The notes under the pieces: generated by a model | The model's input: the letters and a program-made list of their open reading frames with translations, nothing else | What the model was told of the DNA's origin: nothing | Database searches by the model: none | Shown: positions 55,331 through 64,000 of the stretch, one piece after another | Position numbering within the stretch: the stretch's first letter is position 1 | Layout: every line of letters begins with the position of its first letter | Source of the DNA: Bacilli bacterium | Lineage (GTDB): Bacteria > Bacillota_I > Bacilli_A > RFN20 > CAG-826 | Direction: 5' to 3' | DNA length: 64,000 bases | Assembly (NCBI GenBank): GCA_034185265.1 | Contig: JAXFZD010000017.1 | Span: 5,757-69,756 of the forward strand | Program-made: the position numbers and the translations under genes

Positions 55331-55764
55331 TATCTAATATAAACTCCGTCTTTATCTTTTATGGATTTATTTATTGAAAGTATTCCATTAAGAATATAAA
55401 CACAATAAATTCCTATCAAAGGGAAAATAAAAGCTAAAAATGACTTATAAACAGTAAAGAATAAAGGTAAAGCAATTGCTAAATAAACCAAAATCGTCGA
55501 AATTATATTAGCTGCTGCCCTTTTAGATTTTCCTAGATAAAAATTATGTAATCCAAATAGGCCACAGAATAACAAAAGAAGGAGATAGACTTTTTTCTTC
55601 TTGGCAGAATTAAAAGCAAGATTTCCTATCTTCTTTTGCTGCTCTATATCCGTCATATCCATTGTCTCATACGAAATAGAAATAGGATCTTTATGTCCGC
55701 AAAAAGGGCAGATATCCGTATCTAGACGAGAAATGGTTGCATCACAATATTTACATTTAGCCAT
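55330..55764 (-). CDS. Zinc-ribbon + TM2-domain membrane protein
   Basis: 144 aa. It has CKYC...CPFC at the N-terminus and the TM2 signature GLFGLHNFYLGK. Confidence 0.65.
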   Translation of the reverse strand: MAKCKYCDATISRLDTDICPFCGHKDPISISYETMDMTDIEQQKKIGNLAFNSAKKKKVYLLLLLFCGLFGLHNFYLGKSKRAAANIISTILVYLAIALPLFFTVYKSFLAFIFPLIGIYCVYILNGILSINKSIKDKDGVYIR

Positions 55765-55766
55765 AA

Positions 55767-56903
55767 TTAGAATTTAGCTTTCCATTTTGCAAATGCAGAA
55801 TCTTTTTTATCGGATTGAGACTGGAATTCTTTAAGTAAATCTTTTTGATTCTTATTTAATTTAGTAGGTGTTTTTACAGAAATATGGATGTATTGATTTC
55901 CTGGTTTACCAGTTCTTAAGTCCTTAACACCTCTATCTTTAATTTTTAAGACTTGATCAGGTTGAGTTCCTTCTGGGATTGTTACGTTAACTTCTCCATA
56001 AACAGTAGGAATATCAACAGTAATTCCTAAAGCACAGTCTACGAAAGATAATGGAACTTCTACGTGGATATCGTTTCCATCACGTTTGAATTCTGGATGT
56101 GGATTTACAACAACTTCAACGTATAAATCCCCATTTGGTCCACCATTTTGGCCTCTCATGCCTTTTCCTTGAACTCTAATTTGTTGTCCAGAATTAATTC
56201 CAGCAGGAATATTTACATTTAAATCTTTATGAACTCTTGTATATCCTTTGCCTTGGCAAGATGGGCATGGATCTTTAATTACTTTCCCTTTGCCTCCGCA
56301 ATAAGAACATGAAATATTTTGATTCATTGCTCCAAAAATTGTTTGCTTTTGAATAGTTGTATAGCCTTTGCCACCACAGTGCTTACAATTTTCTATTCCT
56401 GAAGCAGAAGAAGCTCCGCTTCCGTGACAATGTTCGCACATTTCATCATAAGTTACAGGAACTTTAACGTGACAGCCGTTAATAGAATCCATGAAGGAAA
56501 TTTTAACTCTAACTAAGGTGTCATCACCTTTAGTTGGTCCAGTTTGAGTTCGACCAGCATTTCTTGGGCCTCCGCCAAAAAATGAAGAAAAGATATCATC
56601 TAAATCAATACCACCGAATCCTGCATTAGTAAAACCTTGTCCGAATGGATTTCCATTTCCACCAGTAGATGATCCTTGAGTAAATGCTGCATGACCAAAT
56701 CTATCATAAGCAGCTCTTTTTTGGTCATCTTTTAATACATCATAAGCTTCTTGAACTTCTTCGAATTGCTTAGGTGCGTTTGGGTCTTTGTTAATATCAG
56801 GATGATATTTTTTGGCTAATTTTCTATAGGCAGAAGTAATTTCATCTTTACTAGCACTTTTACTAATGCCAAGCACTTCATAGTAATCTCTTTTTTCAGC
56901 CAT
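55767..56903 (-). CDS. dnaJ: Molecular chaperone DnaJ
   Basis: 378 aa. It has a J domain with HPD, a G/F region, and four CxxCxGxG repeats. Confidence 0.95.
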   Translation of the reverse strand: MAEKRDYYEVLGISKSASKDEITSAYRKLAKKYHPDINKDPNAPKQFEEVQEAYDVLKDDQKRAAYDRFGHAAFTQGSSTGGNGNPFGQGFTNAGFGGIDLDDIFSSFFGGGPRNAGRTQTGPTKGDDTLVRVKISFMDSINGCHVKVPVTYDEMCEHCHGSGASSASGIENCKHCGGKGYTTIQKQTIFGAMNQNISCSYCGGKGKVIKDPCPSCQGKGYTRVHKDLNVNIPAGINSGQQIRVQGKGMRGQNGGPNGDLYVEVVVNPHPEFKRDGNDIHVEVPLSFVDCALGITVDIPTVYGEVNVTIPEGTQPDQVLKIKDRGVKDLRTGKPGNQYIHISVKTPTKLNKNQKDLLKEFQSQSDKKDSAFAKWKAKF

Positions 56904-56926
56904 TTTGATCTCCTTTCTTCATTTTT

Positions 56927-56956
56927 CTAGCGCCACTCCGAGTGAAGTGACGCTAG
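56927..56956 (-). other. GC-rich intercistronic stem-loop between dnaK and dnaJ
   Basis: The minus strand reads CTAGCGTCACT-tcactcgg-AGTGGCGCTAG, an 11 bp stem with one G-U pair. No T run follows. Confidence 0.4.
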
Positions 56957-56973
56957 AACAAGTTGATAATTAA

Positions 56974-58797
56974 TTAGTTTTTATCGGTGAAATCCGCATC
57001 AACAACATCATCAGCTGATGGATTTACATCGTTAGGATTTTCGTTTGCTCCTGAATTGGCTCCGCCAGCTTGGGCTTGAGCAGCCATAGAAGCAGCATCT
57101 TCTAATCTTCCAACAATTTCTCTTAACTTTTCAATATCATTAGAGGCAATAGCAGCTTGTGCTTCATCTCTAATTTGAGTTAATTGTTGTTTTTGAGCAT
57201 CATCCATCTTATCACCATTATTTGTTAATTGATTGTTGATCTCATCAATATAAGTTTGGGCTTTATTCTTAACTTCAATATCGCCTTTTCTCTTTTCATC
57301 AGCTTCTTTATTTTCTTCAGCTTCTTTAACCATTCTATCGATATCTTCTTTAGATAATCCGTTAGAATTTTGAATTGTGATATCAGCTTCTTGTTGAGTA
57401 TCTAAATCTTTAGCAGTAACTTTAACGATACCGTTAACATCGATTGAGAAGGAAACTTCGATTCTTGGAGTTCCTCTTCTTGCTGGTTTAATTCCACTTA
57501 ATGTGAAGTGACCTAATAATTTATTGTCATGAGCCATAGGTCTTTCACCTTGGTAAACCATGATATCTACAGCAGGTTGATTATCTTCAGCAGTAGAGAA
57601 GATTTGAGACTTTGTTGTAGGAATGGTTGTATTTCTATTGATAAGTGGGGTCATGATTCCGCCTAAAGTTTCAATACCTAAAGTTAATGGAGTGACATCG
57701 AGAAGAACGATATCTTTAACATCACCAGCGATGACAGCACCTTGTAAGGCAGCACCGATAGAAACGGCTTCATCTGGGTTAATAGATAGGTTAATGTTCT
57801 TACCAGTAACACTCTTAACCATTTCTTGGACAGCTGGCATTCTTGTAGATCCACCAACCATTAAGATATCTCCGATTTCAGCATAGGATAATCCGCTATC
57901 TTTAAGAGCTTTTTCCATAGGAACTTTACATCTTTCAAGTAAATGACGGGTTAAGTCTTGGAATTTAGCTCTAGTTAAAGTTGCTTCAAAGTTGATTGGC
58001 CCGTTTGGGCCCATTCCAATGAATGGAAGAGAGATAACAGTTTCAACAGAGGAAGAAAGTTCGATTTTTGCTCTTTCAGCAGCATCTAAGAATCTTTGCT
58101 TTGCCATCTTATCTGTTAAATTTGCACCAGTTTGAATCTTGATTTCAGAAGCAATCCAATCAGCGACGACGTGATCCCAGTCATCACCACCTAAATTTGT
58201 ATCTCCGTTTGTAGATAAAACTTGGAAAGTTCCATCACCAATATCAAGGATGGAAACATCTAATGTTCCGCCACCTAAGTCAAATACTAAGACTTTTTCG
58301 GACTTTTTGGACTCTAAGCCATAAGCTAAACATGCAGCTGTTGGTTCGTTAATAATTCTAACAACGTCTAAGCCGGCGATTGTTCCAGCATCTTTAGTAG
58401 CTTGTCTTTGAGCATCGTTGAAGTAAGCTGGAACTGTAATAACAGCTTTGCTAATTGGTTGTCCTAAATTCTTTTCTGCATAAGATTTCATGTAAGAAAG
58501 AACTTTTGAAGAAATTTCTTGTGGTGTGAAATCCTTATTTAAGCAGTTAATGTGGAACTTGTGGGATGCACCCATATATCTTTTTGCAGAAGAAACTGTA
58601 TCCATATTGGTAACGGCTTGCCTTTTTGCTGCGTTACCAACAATTTCTTCACCACTAGCCTTAAAAGCGACTACTGATGGAGTTGTATTTGTTCCTTCTG
58701 GATTAGGAATAACTTTGACTTTACCATCGTTTTGCATATAGGAAATGACTGAATTTGTAGTTCCTAAGTCAATCCCAACAATAATTTCTTTTGCCAT
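56974..58797 (-). CDS. dnaK: Molecular chaperone DnaK
   Basis: 607 aa. The motif GIDLGTTNS is present, and the Hsp70 sequence is recognisable throughout. Confidence 0.97.
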   Translation of the reverse strand: MAKEIIVGIDLGTTNSVISYMQNDGKVKVIPNPEGTNTTPSVVAFKASGEEIVGNAAKRQAVTNMDTVSSAKRYMGASHKFHINCLNKDFTPQEISSKVLSYMKSYAEKNLGQPISKAVITVPAYFNDAQRQATKDAGTIAGLDVVRIINEPTAACLAYGLESKKSEKVLVFDLGGGTLDVSILDIGDGTFQVLSTNGDTNLGGDDWDHVVADWIASEIKIQTGANLTDKMAKQRFLDAAERAKIELSSSVETVISLPFIGMGPNGPINFEATLTRAKFQDLTRHLLERCKVPMEKALKDSGLSYAEIGDILMVGGSTRMPAVQEMVKSVTGKNINLSINPDEAVSIGAALQGAVIAGDVKDIVLLDVTPLTLGIETLGGIMTPLINRNTTIPTTKSQIFSTAEDNQPAVDIMVYQGERPMAHDNKLLGHFTLSGIKPARRGTPRIEVSFSIDVNGIVKVTAKDLDTQQEADITIQNSNGLSKEDIDRMVKEAEENKEADEKRKGDIEVKNKAQTYIDEINNQLTNNGDKMDDAQKQQLTQIRDEAQAAIASNDIEKLREIVGRLEDAASMAAQAQAGGANSGANENPNDVNPSADDVVDADFTDKN

Positions 58798-58812
58798 AAT
58801 TTTTATCTCCTT

Positions 58813-59454
58813 CTATGCTTCATTAGCATTTGTGTGATCATCATTTTCTATTTCTTCAGAAGGCTTCTCAATTTTTTCTTCTTCGGTCTTCTTGGAAACA
58901 TATACTTTTGCAGGTTGTACTAATCTGTCATGTAATTTATAGCCTTTAGCACAAACCTTAGTTATTATATTTGGTTCGATATCATCTCTAATTTCAACGT
59001 CGATTGCTTCCATGATTGCTGGATCGAATTTATCTCCTTCTTTAGGAGAGATTTCACTGATTCCTTCATCATTAAGGACTTTAACGATTGAATTGTAGAT
59101 ATATTGGAAACCTATTAGATAATTTTTAATTTCTGGATTGCTTGGGGAAGATTCGAGTGCTGAATGGAATGAATTTAGAGCAGGAAGTAAATTTGCTAAG
59201 AATCCTTCGCTGCGATATCTGATAGCTTGACGTTTATCTTCTTCAATTGATTTACGTAGATTTTGCAAGTCAGCAAATTCCATGTAATATTGATTTTTCC
59301 AATAATTCTTATCAGCTATTGCTTTTTCGTATTCTTTCTTTAAAGCTTCAAATTTCTCTCTAGAAATCTTTTTATCTTTTTTCTTATCTATTAATTCTTC
59401 TTCGATTTCTTTTTCTTCTTCGACCGACTCAACATTTTCTTTTTCGTCGTTCAT
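58813..59454 (-). CDS. grpE: Nucleotide exchange factor GrpE
   Basis: 213 aa. It lies within the hrcA-grpE-dnaK-dnaJ operon. Confidence 0.9.
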   Translation of the reverse strand: MNDEKENVESVEEEKEIEEELIDKKKDKKISREKFEALKKEYEKAIADKNYWKNQYYMEFADLQNLRKSIEEDKRQAIRYRSEGFLANLLPALNSFHSALESSPSNPEIKNYLIGFQYIYNSIVKVLNDEGISEISPKEGDKFDPAIMEAIDVEIRDDIEPNIITKVCAKGYKLHDRLVQPAKVYVSKKTEEEKIEKPSEEIENDDHTNANEA

Positions 59455-60482
59455 TAATTTTTACCTCCTTTTTTCTCTTGGAAGTATTCATCTAATGTTT
59501 CAGTAACATATTTCAACATTGCAAGTGCTCTTTCATAATCCATTCTTGTTGGACCTAGAAGAGAGATAACAGCATTTTGTCCTCCTGGAATCTCAATGTT
59601 TGTCGATATAATCGATAAATCATTGTCTTCTCCTGGATTACCGAATCTAATGTTTACTCCCTTTTCATCAGTAAGCACTGCTTCTTCCATCGCACTTCTG
59701 AATGCTTGAGGATCATCTAATAGACCCATAAGCTTTCTAAGTTTTCTTGCATCGTCAGCAAATTCTGGCTGATCAAGAAGATTATCTTTTCCGTAGAGAT
59801 CCATTCTTTCTCCAGCAAATCTAAGGAATGCTTCTAATAATGCTTGATAGATAACATCTTTTCCAACTAAATAATCAGTAATTGCGGGTTTCATTGCTTC
59901 CATCTTATTAACTATCATGGAAATTGGAGTTCCTTTTAATCTTTCATTAAGAAGAACTACAGTTTTTGAGATATCATCAATCTTGATATCTTCTTCAATG
60001 AGGAATGTTTTATTCTCTACATATCCTTGGTCAGTAACAAATACTGCTGTTGCTGCCTTATCTGAAATTGGAATGATTTGAACTGAGACAAGTTTTTCTT
60101 CATTTACTTTAGGTCCAAGAACAACTGAAGCAAGATTGGTCATGTTTGATAAAATTTCACATGATTGCTTAATAATTTCTTCGACGGATTGAGTTCTTTT
60201 TTCTAAAACAGTTTGAAGAGCAAACTTGATTGAGTTATCAACTCTTTCATTACGAAGATTTTCAACGTAATACTTATAACCTTCTGTTGAAGGAATTCTT
60301 CCCGAAGATATATGAGTTTTTTCGATCAAACCTTCTTTTTCCAAAGCATTCATTTCAGCTCTGATTGTCGCAGATGAACAATCTAAACCATATTGGTCAA
60401 GCAATGTTTGGCTTCCTACTGGTTCAGCAGTCTTTATGAAGTGTTCTACAATCAATTTAAGAATTTGGTTTCTTCTTGTCAT
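59454..60482 (-). CDS. hrcA: Heat-inducible transcription repressor HrcA
   Basis: 342 aa. It has an N-terminal wHTH (SQTLLDQYGLDCSSATIRAEMNALEKEGLI). CIRCE elements lie upstream. Confidence 0.9.
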   Translation of the reverse strand: MTRRNQILKLIVEHFIKTAEPVGSQTLLDQYGLDCSSATIRAEMNALEKEGLIEKTHISSGRIPSTEGYKYYVENLRNERVDNSIKFALQTVLEKRTQSVEEIIKQSCEILSNMTNLASVVLGPKVNEEKLVSVQIIPISDKAATAVFVTDQGYVENKTFLIEEDIKIDDISKTVVLLNERLKGTPISMIVNKMEAMKPAITDYLVGKDVIYQALLEAFLRFAGERMDLYGKDNLLDQPEFADDARKLRKLMGLLDDPQAFRSAMEEAVLTDEKGVNIRFGNPGEDNDLSIISTNIEIPGGQNAVISLLGPTRMDYERALAMLKYVTETLDEYFQEKKGGKN

Positions 60483-60493
60483 AGATTAATCTC

Positions 60494-60520
60494 CTAGCAG
60501 TCAAAACTTTTGAGTGCTAG
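60494..60520 (-). promoter_or_regulatory. CIRCE operator (proximal)
   Basis: The minus strand reads CTAGCACTC-aaaagtttt-GACTGCTAG, against the consensus TTAGCACTC-N9-GAGTGCTAA. It lies directly after the -10. Confidence 0.75.
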
Positions 60521-60524
60521 TGTA

Positions 60525-60552
60525 ATTATAAGAATATAGTTAGCACTGTCAA
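60525..60552 (-). promoter_or_regulatory. Sigma-A type promoter of the hrcA operon: TTGACA-16-TATAAT
   Basis: On the minus strand, TTGACA occupies 60552-60547 and TATAAT occupies 60530-60525. Confidence 0.65.
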
Positions 60553-60566
60553 TAGGAAACTGCTAA
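60540..60566 (-). promoter_or_regulatory. Second, degenerate CIRCE-like inverted repeat overlapping the -35
   Basis: The minus strand reads TTAGCAGTT-tcctattga-CAGTGCTAA. The arms match the consensus at 7/9 and 8/9. Confidence 0.45.
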
Positions 60567-60570
60567 AAAA

Positions 60571-61659
60571 TTAGAAAAAATTTAATAAAATTTTATCTAG
60601 AACAAGAATCCCCTTATCAGAGCACATAAAATTACCGTTTTTTACTAAAACAAGGTCGTATTTTTCAAGGTCTGATATCTTATCTTTATATTTTTCAAGG
60701 AAATCAAATTTGAATATCTCTTTGAATTTATCTAAATTAAATCCCTCACTAAGTCTTAAATTAGTCAGTAAAAAATATTTGAAAAGATCGTCTTTATTAA
60801 CGACTTCCTTATAATCAACAAATTCATGGTCTAAATATTTGTGGAGGTTTTTTGAATTTGTGTATCTAATATTATTTAAATATCCGCTCGCGCCTAACCC
60901 AACCCCGTAATATTCTTCGTTATGCCAATAAGTGAGATTATGTTTTGAAAAATAATTATCTTTAGCAAAATTTGAAACTTCATATCTTATATAGCCTTTG
61001 GCTCTAAGCTTCTCCACTATTAGGTTATAGAAATCTGCTTGTGTATCTTCGCTAGCCTCCTTGATTCCTTGATTAAAGAAAACAGTACTTTTTTCTAAAA
61101 TAAGTGAATATGTAGAAATGTGAGGAACATCTAAGGAAATAAAGTTCTCTAGATCTTCTTCAAGATCAGTTATAGATTGTTCTGGCAAAGCATAAATTAA
61201 GTCGACATTAATGTTACTAATTCCATGTCTTCTCAATAGATTTATTTTTTCTTTTACAAGTCCGAATGAATGATTTCGATTCAGTAATTTTAGATACTTT
61301 TCGTTAGAACTTTGAACACCTAAAGAAACTCTATTTACGCAATGCTTTTTTAAGAGTTTTATCTTTTCTTCATCTAGGCTTTCTGGGTTAGCTTCAAAGG
61401 TAAATTCTGTGTTTTCCCCAACGAATACATCAAGAGATACAAGTAACTTGTTTAATTCGATAATATCAAGACTACTCGGAGTACCTCCACCAATATAGAT
61501 GGTGTTCATTTTTTCTTTTTTTAGTGAAGAAATTTCATATAAAAGAGCGGAAATATATTTTTCCGCCCAGTCTTTTTTATAATAGAGTTTAGTGAAATCA
61601 CAATATGAACAAATTACATTACAAAAAGGTATATGAACATAAAGAGATTTGGCACTCAT
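60571..61659 (-). CDS. hemW: Radical-SAM heme chaperone HemW (HemN-like)
   Basis: 362 aa. The CxxxCxxC motif CNVICSYCDF is present. It sits between lepA and hrcA, as in Bacillus. Confidence 0.85.
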   Translation of the reverse strand: MSAKSLYVHIPFCNVICSYCDFTKLYYKKDWAEKYISALLYEISSLKKEKMNTIYIGGGTPSSLDIIELNKLLVSLDVFVGENTEFTFEANPESLDEEKIKLLKKHCVNRVSLGVQSSNEKYLKLLNRNHSFGLVKEKINLLRRHGISNINVDLIYALPEQSITDLEEDLENFISLDVPHISTYSLILEKSTVFFNQGIKEASEDTQADFYNLIVEKLRAKGYIRYEVSNFAKDNYFSKHNLTYWHNEEYYGVGLGASGYLNNIRYTNSKNLHKYLDHEFVDYKEVVNKDDLFKYFLLTNLRLSEGFNLDKFKEIFKFDFLEKYKDKISDLEKYDLVLVKNGNFMCSDKGILVLDKILLNFF

Positions 61660-61662
61660 TTA

Positions 61663-61920
61663 TTATTCTTTTTCTTTTGGCTCTTCAGTTTCAACCTTCT
61701 CAGATTTTTCTTCTTCTAAAGGTTGTAACTCTTCTTCAATAGGTTGAAGAAGACGATCTAATTCTTCTTTAGCAATTTCTTTATCTGTCTTTGGTTTTTC
61801 GTCATCTTTGAAGAATTTGGATTTCTTTCTAATTAAGTAAACAATTAAAACAATTAATCCGAATACTCCGACTAAGATTACAGGTGTAAGAATAGGTGTT
61901 AAATTTGTTGCTAAAATCAT
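61663..61920 (-). CDS. Small membrane-anchored protein with an acidic Glu/Lys-rich tail
   Basis: 85 aa. It has one N-terminal TM (ILTPVILVGVFGLIVLIVYLI). Its start overlaps the stop of the upstream gene by 4 nt (ATGA). Confidence 0.5.
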   Translation of the reverse strand: MILATNLTPILTPVILVGVFGLIVLIVYLIRKKSKFFKDDEKPKTDKEIAKEELDRLLQPIEEELQPLEEEKSEKVETEEPKEKE

Positions 61921-63344
61921 TTTGAATCTCCTTGTTTAATAGGTGTGTAGAAAAATTTATTTTGAACTTGGACTTTTTCATAAAATCCCTGTGATACTAG
62001 ATTTTCCATAGAAGTTCTAGCAGTTTCATATGCACACCTGGCATATTTTTTATAATCTTGAATTGAATAATATCTTCCAATAGTACAGTGAGATGCAAAG
62101 AAGAATGCTTGCATTTTCTTAACATTTGGATTGATTTCAAGGATATATTTTGCAATATCTTTGATATCCTTTTCTGAGATAACTTCTTGTTTAGGCTTGA
62201 TAGCAAAGACAACTTCTTTCTCATATTCAGCTCTAATTAAATTATTCATATCCTTCTTTCTTAAAGAAGATGGAGCTTTTTTGACTAATTGAGTTTGCTC
62301 TTCTTTTACTTGCTCTTTTGGAACAAATTCTTCTCCTCTATCGATATTATCGACAACATAATTTTCTTCTCTAATTGCCGAACTTCTCATTCTGATAATA
62401 TCATCAGAATTTAATTTGATAAGAGGTGAAAGAATATTGATTCCGTAAGTAATTATATAAGTTAAATCGTACTCGTCAGAAATAGATAAAATGTAGTCAT
62501 CAAGCATGTTTGTCTTAATAAGAACATTCTCTAAGCAGAAATATGGAGCAAACGAAGAAATTTGTTCATGAGCTAAAATTAATTTAGCAATAAGCAAGGA
62601 CATTTCCTCGTTGTAATTAACAAATGGTTTAACATAGTTAATGTAATAGAGAGTTACTAAAGCTTTAATAAAAGGCTTTATGTTAGGATCTTTGATGAAT
62701 TCGAAGAAATTATTCATCATTGAATCAATAAGAATAACAGGAGCTTGATTATATTTAGTTCCTATTAAGGAGGTTGTATTTCTATTTACAGTCTCGGTAA
62801 CTCTATAGAATTCGGTTAATTCGTTTGTATTGGAGAGAATCGAATATAGATTAGCGACTATATTTTCATCAATTGTCGAACCATAATTTTCCTCAATCCA
62901 TAATAAAGCTTTCTTATATTGGATAAAAATATTATGTTTTGGATTATTTTCTCTATATGCACCAGTTACAATGGCTTTAATAGTTAATTCATTTGTATTT
63001 AGGTTAGAGATTGTATTTAAAGCATTCAAACAGTTGTTTAAGCAATAATTCTTGAAGGAATTTTTACTGTTTTCATTTAATTTTTCAGCAAAAAAGCTAT
63101 TTGTTAAAGAAGATAAACTTGTTTCAAATCTAGCAAAAATATCTCTAAGTTTAGGAGTCATTGTAATGCTGAAATTTCTAGAGTTATAAGCAATTAAACG
63201 AGTATCAACGCTGAATTTTTTTCTATAAGCGGAAACATCAGTAAAAATCTTATAAATTAGACTAGTTTTTAAAATAGTCTTTATGTCAGTTTTACTTGCA
63301 TAAGTCTCGTCTGTAAACTTAATACTAAAATTTTCAGTGGCCAT
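61917..63344 (-). CDS. Fic-fold protein with a degenerate catalytic motif and a C-terminal winged-helix domain
   Basis: 475 aa. STIDEN (aa 156-161) fits the [ST]xxxE[GN] inhibitory-helix motif. FYRVTE...APVILIDSMMNNFFEFI...ALVTLYYINYVKPFVNYNEEMSLL aligns to the Fic core, but HPFxDGNGRxxR is replaced by KPFVNYNEEMSL. The C-terminus YETARTSMENLVSQGFYEKV...FFYTPI is wHTH-like. An AAAGGAG SD is present. Confidence 0.45.
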   Translation of the reverse strand: MATENFSIKFTDETYASKTDIKTILKTSLIYKIFTDVSAYRKKFSVDTRLIAYNSRNFSITMTPKLRDIFARFETSLSSLTNSFFAEKLNENSKNSFKNYCLNNCLNALNTISNLNTNELTIKAIVTGAYRENNPKHNIFIQYKKALLWIEENYGSTIDENIVANLYSILSNTNELTEFYRVTETVNRNTTSLIGTKYNQAPVILIDSMMNNFFEFIKDPNIKPFIKALVTLYYINYVKPFVNYNEEMSLLIAKLILAHEQISSFAPYFCLENVLIKTNMLDDYILSISDEYDLTYIITYGINILSPLIKLNSDDIIRMRSSAIREENYVVDNIDRGEEFVPKEQVKEEQTQLVKKAPSSLRKKDMNNLIRAEYEKEVVFAIKPKQEVISEKDIKDIAKYILEINPNVKKMQAFFFASHCTIGRYYSIQDYKKYARCAYETARTSMENLVSQGFYEKVQVQNKFFYTPIKQGDSK

Positions 63345-63387
63345 TTTTTCTCCTTTGAAAATATTATATAGAACAGCGGTATCAATT

Positions 63388-63405
63388 CAACTAAAAAACT
63401 ACTAA
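63388..63405 (-). repeat. Tandem TTAGTAG-TTTT-TTAGTTG
   Basis: Starts 14 nt after the lepA stop. The second heptad overlaps a TTGAAT-16-TATAAT promoter-like sequence for the Fic-like gene. Confidence 0.5.
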
Positions 63406-63419
63406 TCTTGAGGAATTGT

Positions 63420-64000
63420 TTAGTTATTTTCAATAGTTAAAACAGCCATGAAAGCTTCTTGCGGCACTTCTACAGAGCCAACAGCTTTCATTCTCTTTTT
63501 ACCTTCTTTTTGTTTCTCTAAAAGTTTCTTCTTTCTAGAGATGTCACCGCCATAACACTTGGCAAGGACATCTTTTCTTACAGATTTGATATCTGTACGA
63601 GCAATAACTTTGCCTCCAACAGCAGCTTGAACAGGGACTTCAAATTGTTGACGAGGAATAATTTGTTTTAATTTTTGAACGATTGCCAAACCCCTTTTAT
63701 AAGCATCAGGTCTATAGACAATGCAACTTAAAGCATCGATTGGATCGCCATTTAACATTATATCCATCTTACAAAGATCAGATTTTTTATAATCTTTAAA
63801 TTCATAATCTAAGGATGCATAACCCTTAGTGTAAGATTTTAATTTATCAAAGAAGTTGAAGATAATTTCCGATAATGGAAGATCGTATTTTAATATGACA
63901 CGAGTATCGTCAAAATACTCCATATCAACATAGATTCCTCTTCTATTTTGACATAGTTCCATAATTGGCCCGACAAACTCTTTTGGGGACATTATTGAAG
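63420..64000 (-). CDS. lepA: Elongation factor 4 (LepA), C-terminal part (5' end lies outside the window)
   Basis: The frame is open to the window edge. The LepA-specific C-terminal domain is present, ending ...[37 protein letters not shown]. Confidence 0.9.
   Translation of the reverse strand, partial: SIMSPKEFVGPIMELCQNRRGIYVDMEYFDDTRVILKYDLPLSEIIFNFFDKLKSYTKGYASLDYEFKDYKKSDLCKMDIMLNGDPIDALSCIVYRPDAYKRGLAIVQKLKQIIPRQQFEVPVQAAVGGKVIARTDIKSVRKDVLAKCYGGDISRKKKLLEKQKEGKKRMKAVGSVEVPQEAFMAVLTIENN

Noticed and set aside
1-64000. Looked for tRNA, rRNA, tmRNA/RNase P-like GC-rich islands, CRISPR repeat arrays, IS elements or transposases, toxin-antitoxin pairs, and restriction or defence gene clusters.
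   Set aside because: I could recognise none by eye. Spacers are short and AT-rich. The only unannotated small genes found were rpmG and rpsU. A covariance-model scan (Infernal/tRNAscan) would be needed to exclude small RNAs formally.

Overview
Visibly AT-rich, very gene-dense chromosomal segment with about 60 CDS. I saw no rRNA, tRNA, CRISPR array or transposase. It looks like a low-GC Bacillota / Mollicutes-like bacterium using the standard code: Trp is TGG, and TGA serves as the dinB stop.

Content is almost entirely housekeeping, and local gene orders copy classical Bacillus-type clusters.
- Plus strand: ruvAB, secDF-recJ-rel-hisS-aspS, tkt, asp23-nusB-xseAB-dxs, dinB-xerD-deoB.
- Minus strand: lepA ... 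hemW-hrcA-grpE-dnaK-dnaJ ... rsmE ... mtaB, rpmF, deoC, rpsU, ybeY-cdd-era-recO-glyQS-dnaG-sigA-trmK, cshB-nfo, rpmG, efp-yneF-degV-yloV, parE-parC, yqeG-yqeH-yhbY-nadD/yqeK-rsfS.
- The MEP isoprenoid genes dxs, ispG and ispH are scattered.

Main observations:
1. Gene orientation flips at about 21-24 kb. The 538-bp non-coding gap there holds a good 28-bp XerC/D-type dif candidate (24127..24154), so the window probably spans the replication terminus. The XerD-arm half of this site recurs as an exact 16-mer on the dinB-xerD promoter.
2. Four lineage-specific insertions sit inside otherwise conserved operons:
   - an orphan C39 peptidase + ABC-exporter membrane domain with no ATPase;
   - a Fic-fold protein with a degenerate active site, paired with a small membrane-anchored acidic protein;
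   - a 267-aa orphan translationally coupled between rsmE and mtaB;
   - a zinc-ribbon/TM2 protein where prmA normally sits.
3. A Crp/Fnr-type regulator has a CRP-like palindrome on its own leaderless promoter. It is divergent from an ABC importer that lacks an ATPase gene.
4. Several genes show a TAnAAT box exactly 6 nt before the ATG with no Shine-Dalgarno, which is leaderless architecture.
5. Two families of recurring intergenic motifs have unknown function: TTAGTAG-N4-TTAGTNG tandems and a 23-mer ATATATCGATATAAAATCTACTA.

I found no clearly self-contained novel multi-gene defence or mobile system. All functional calls rest on motif recognition and synteny by eye, not on database searches.
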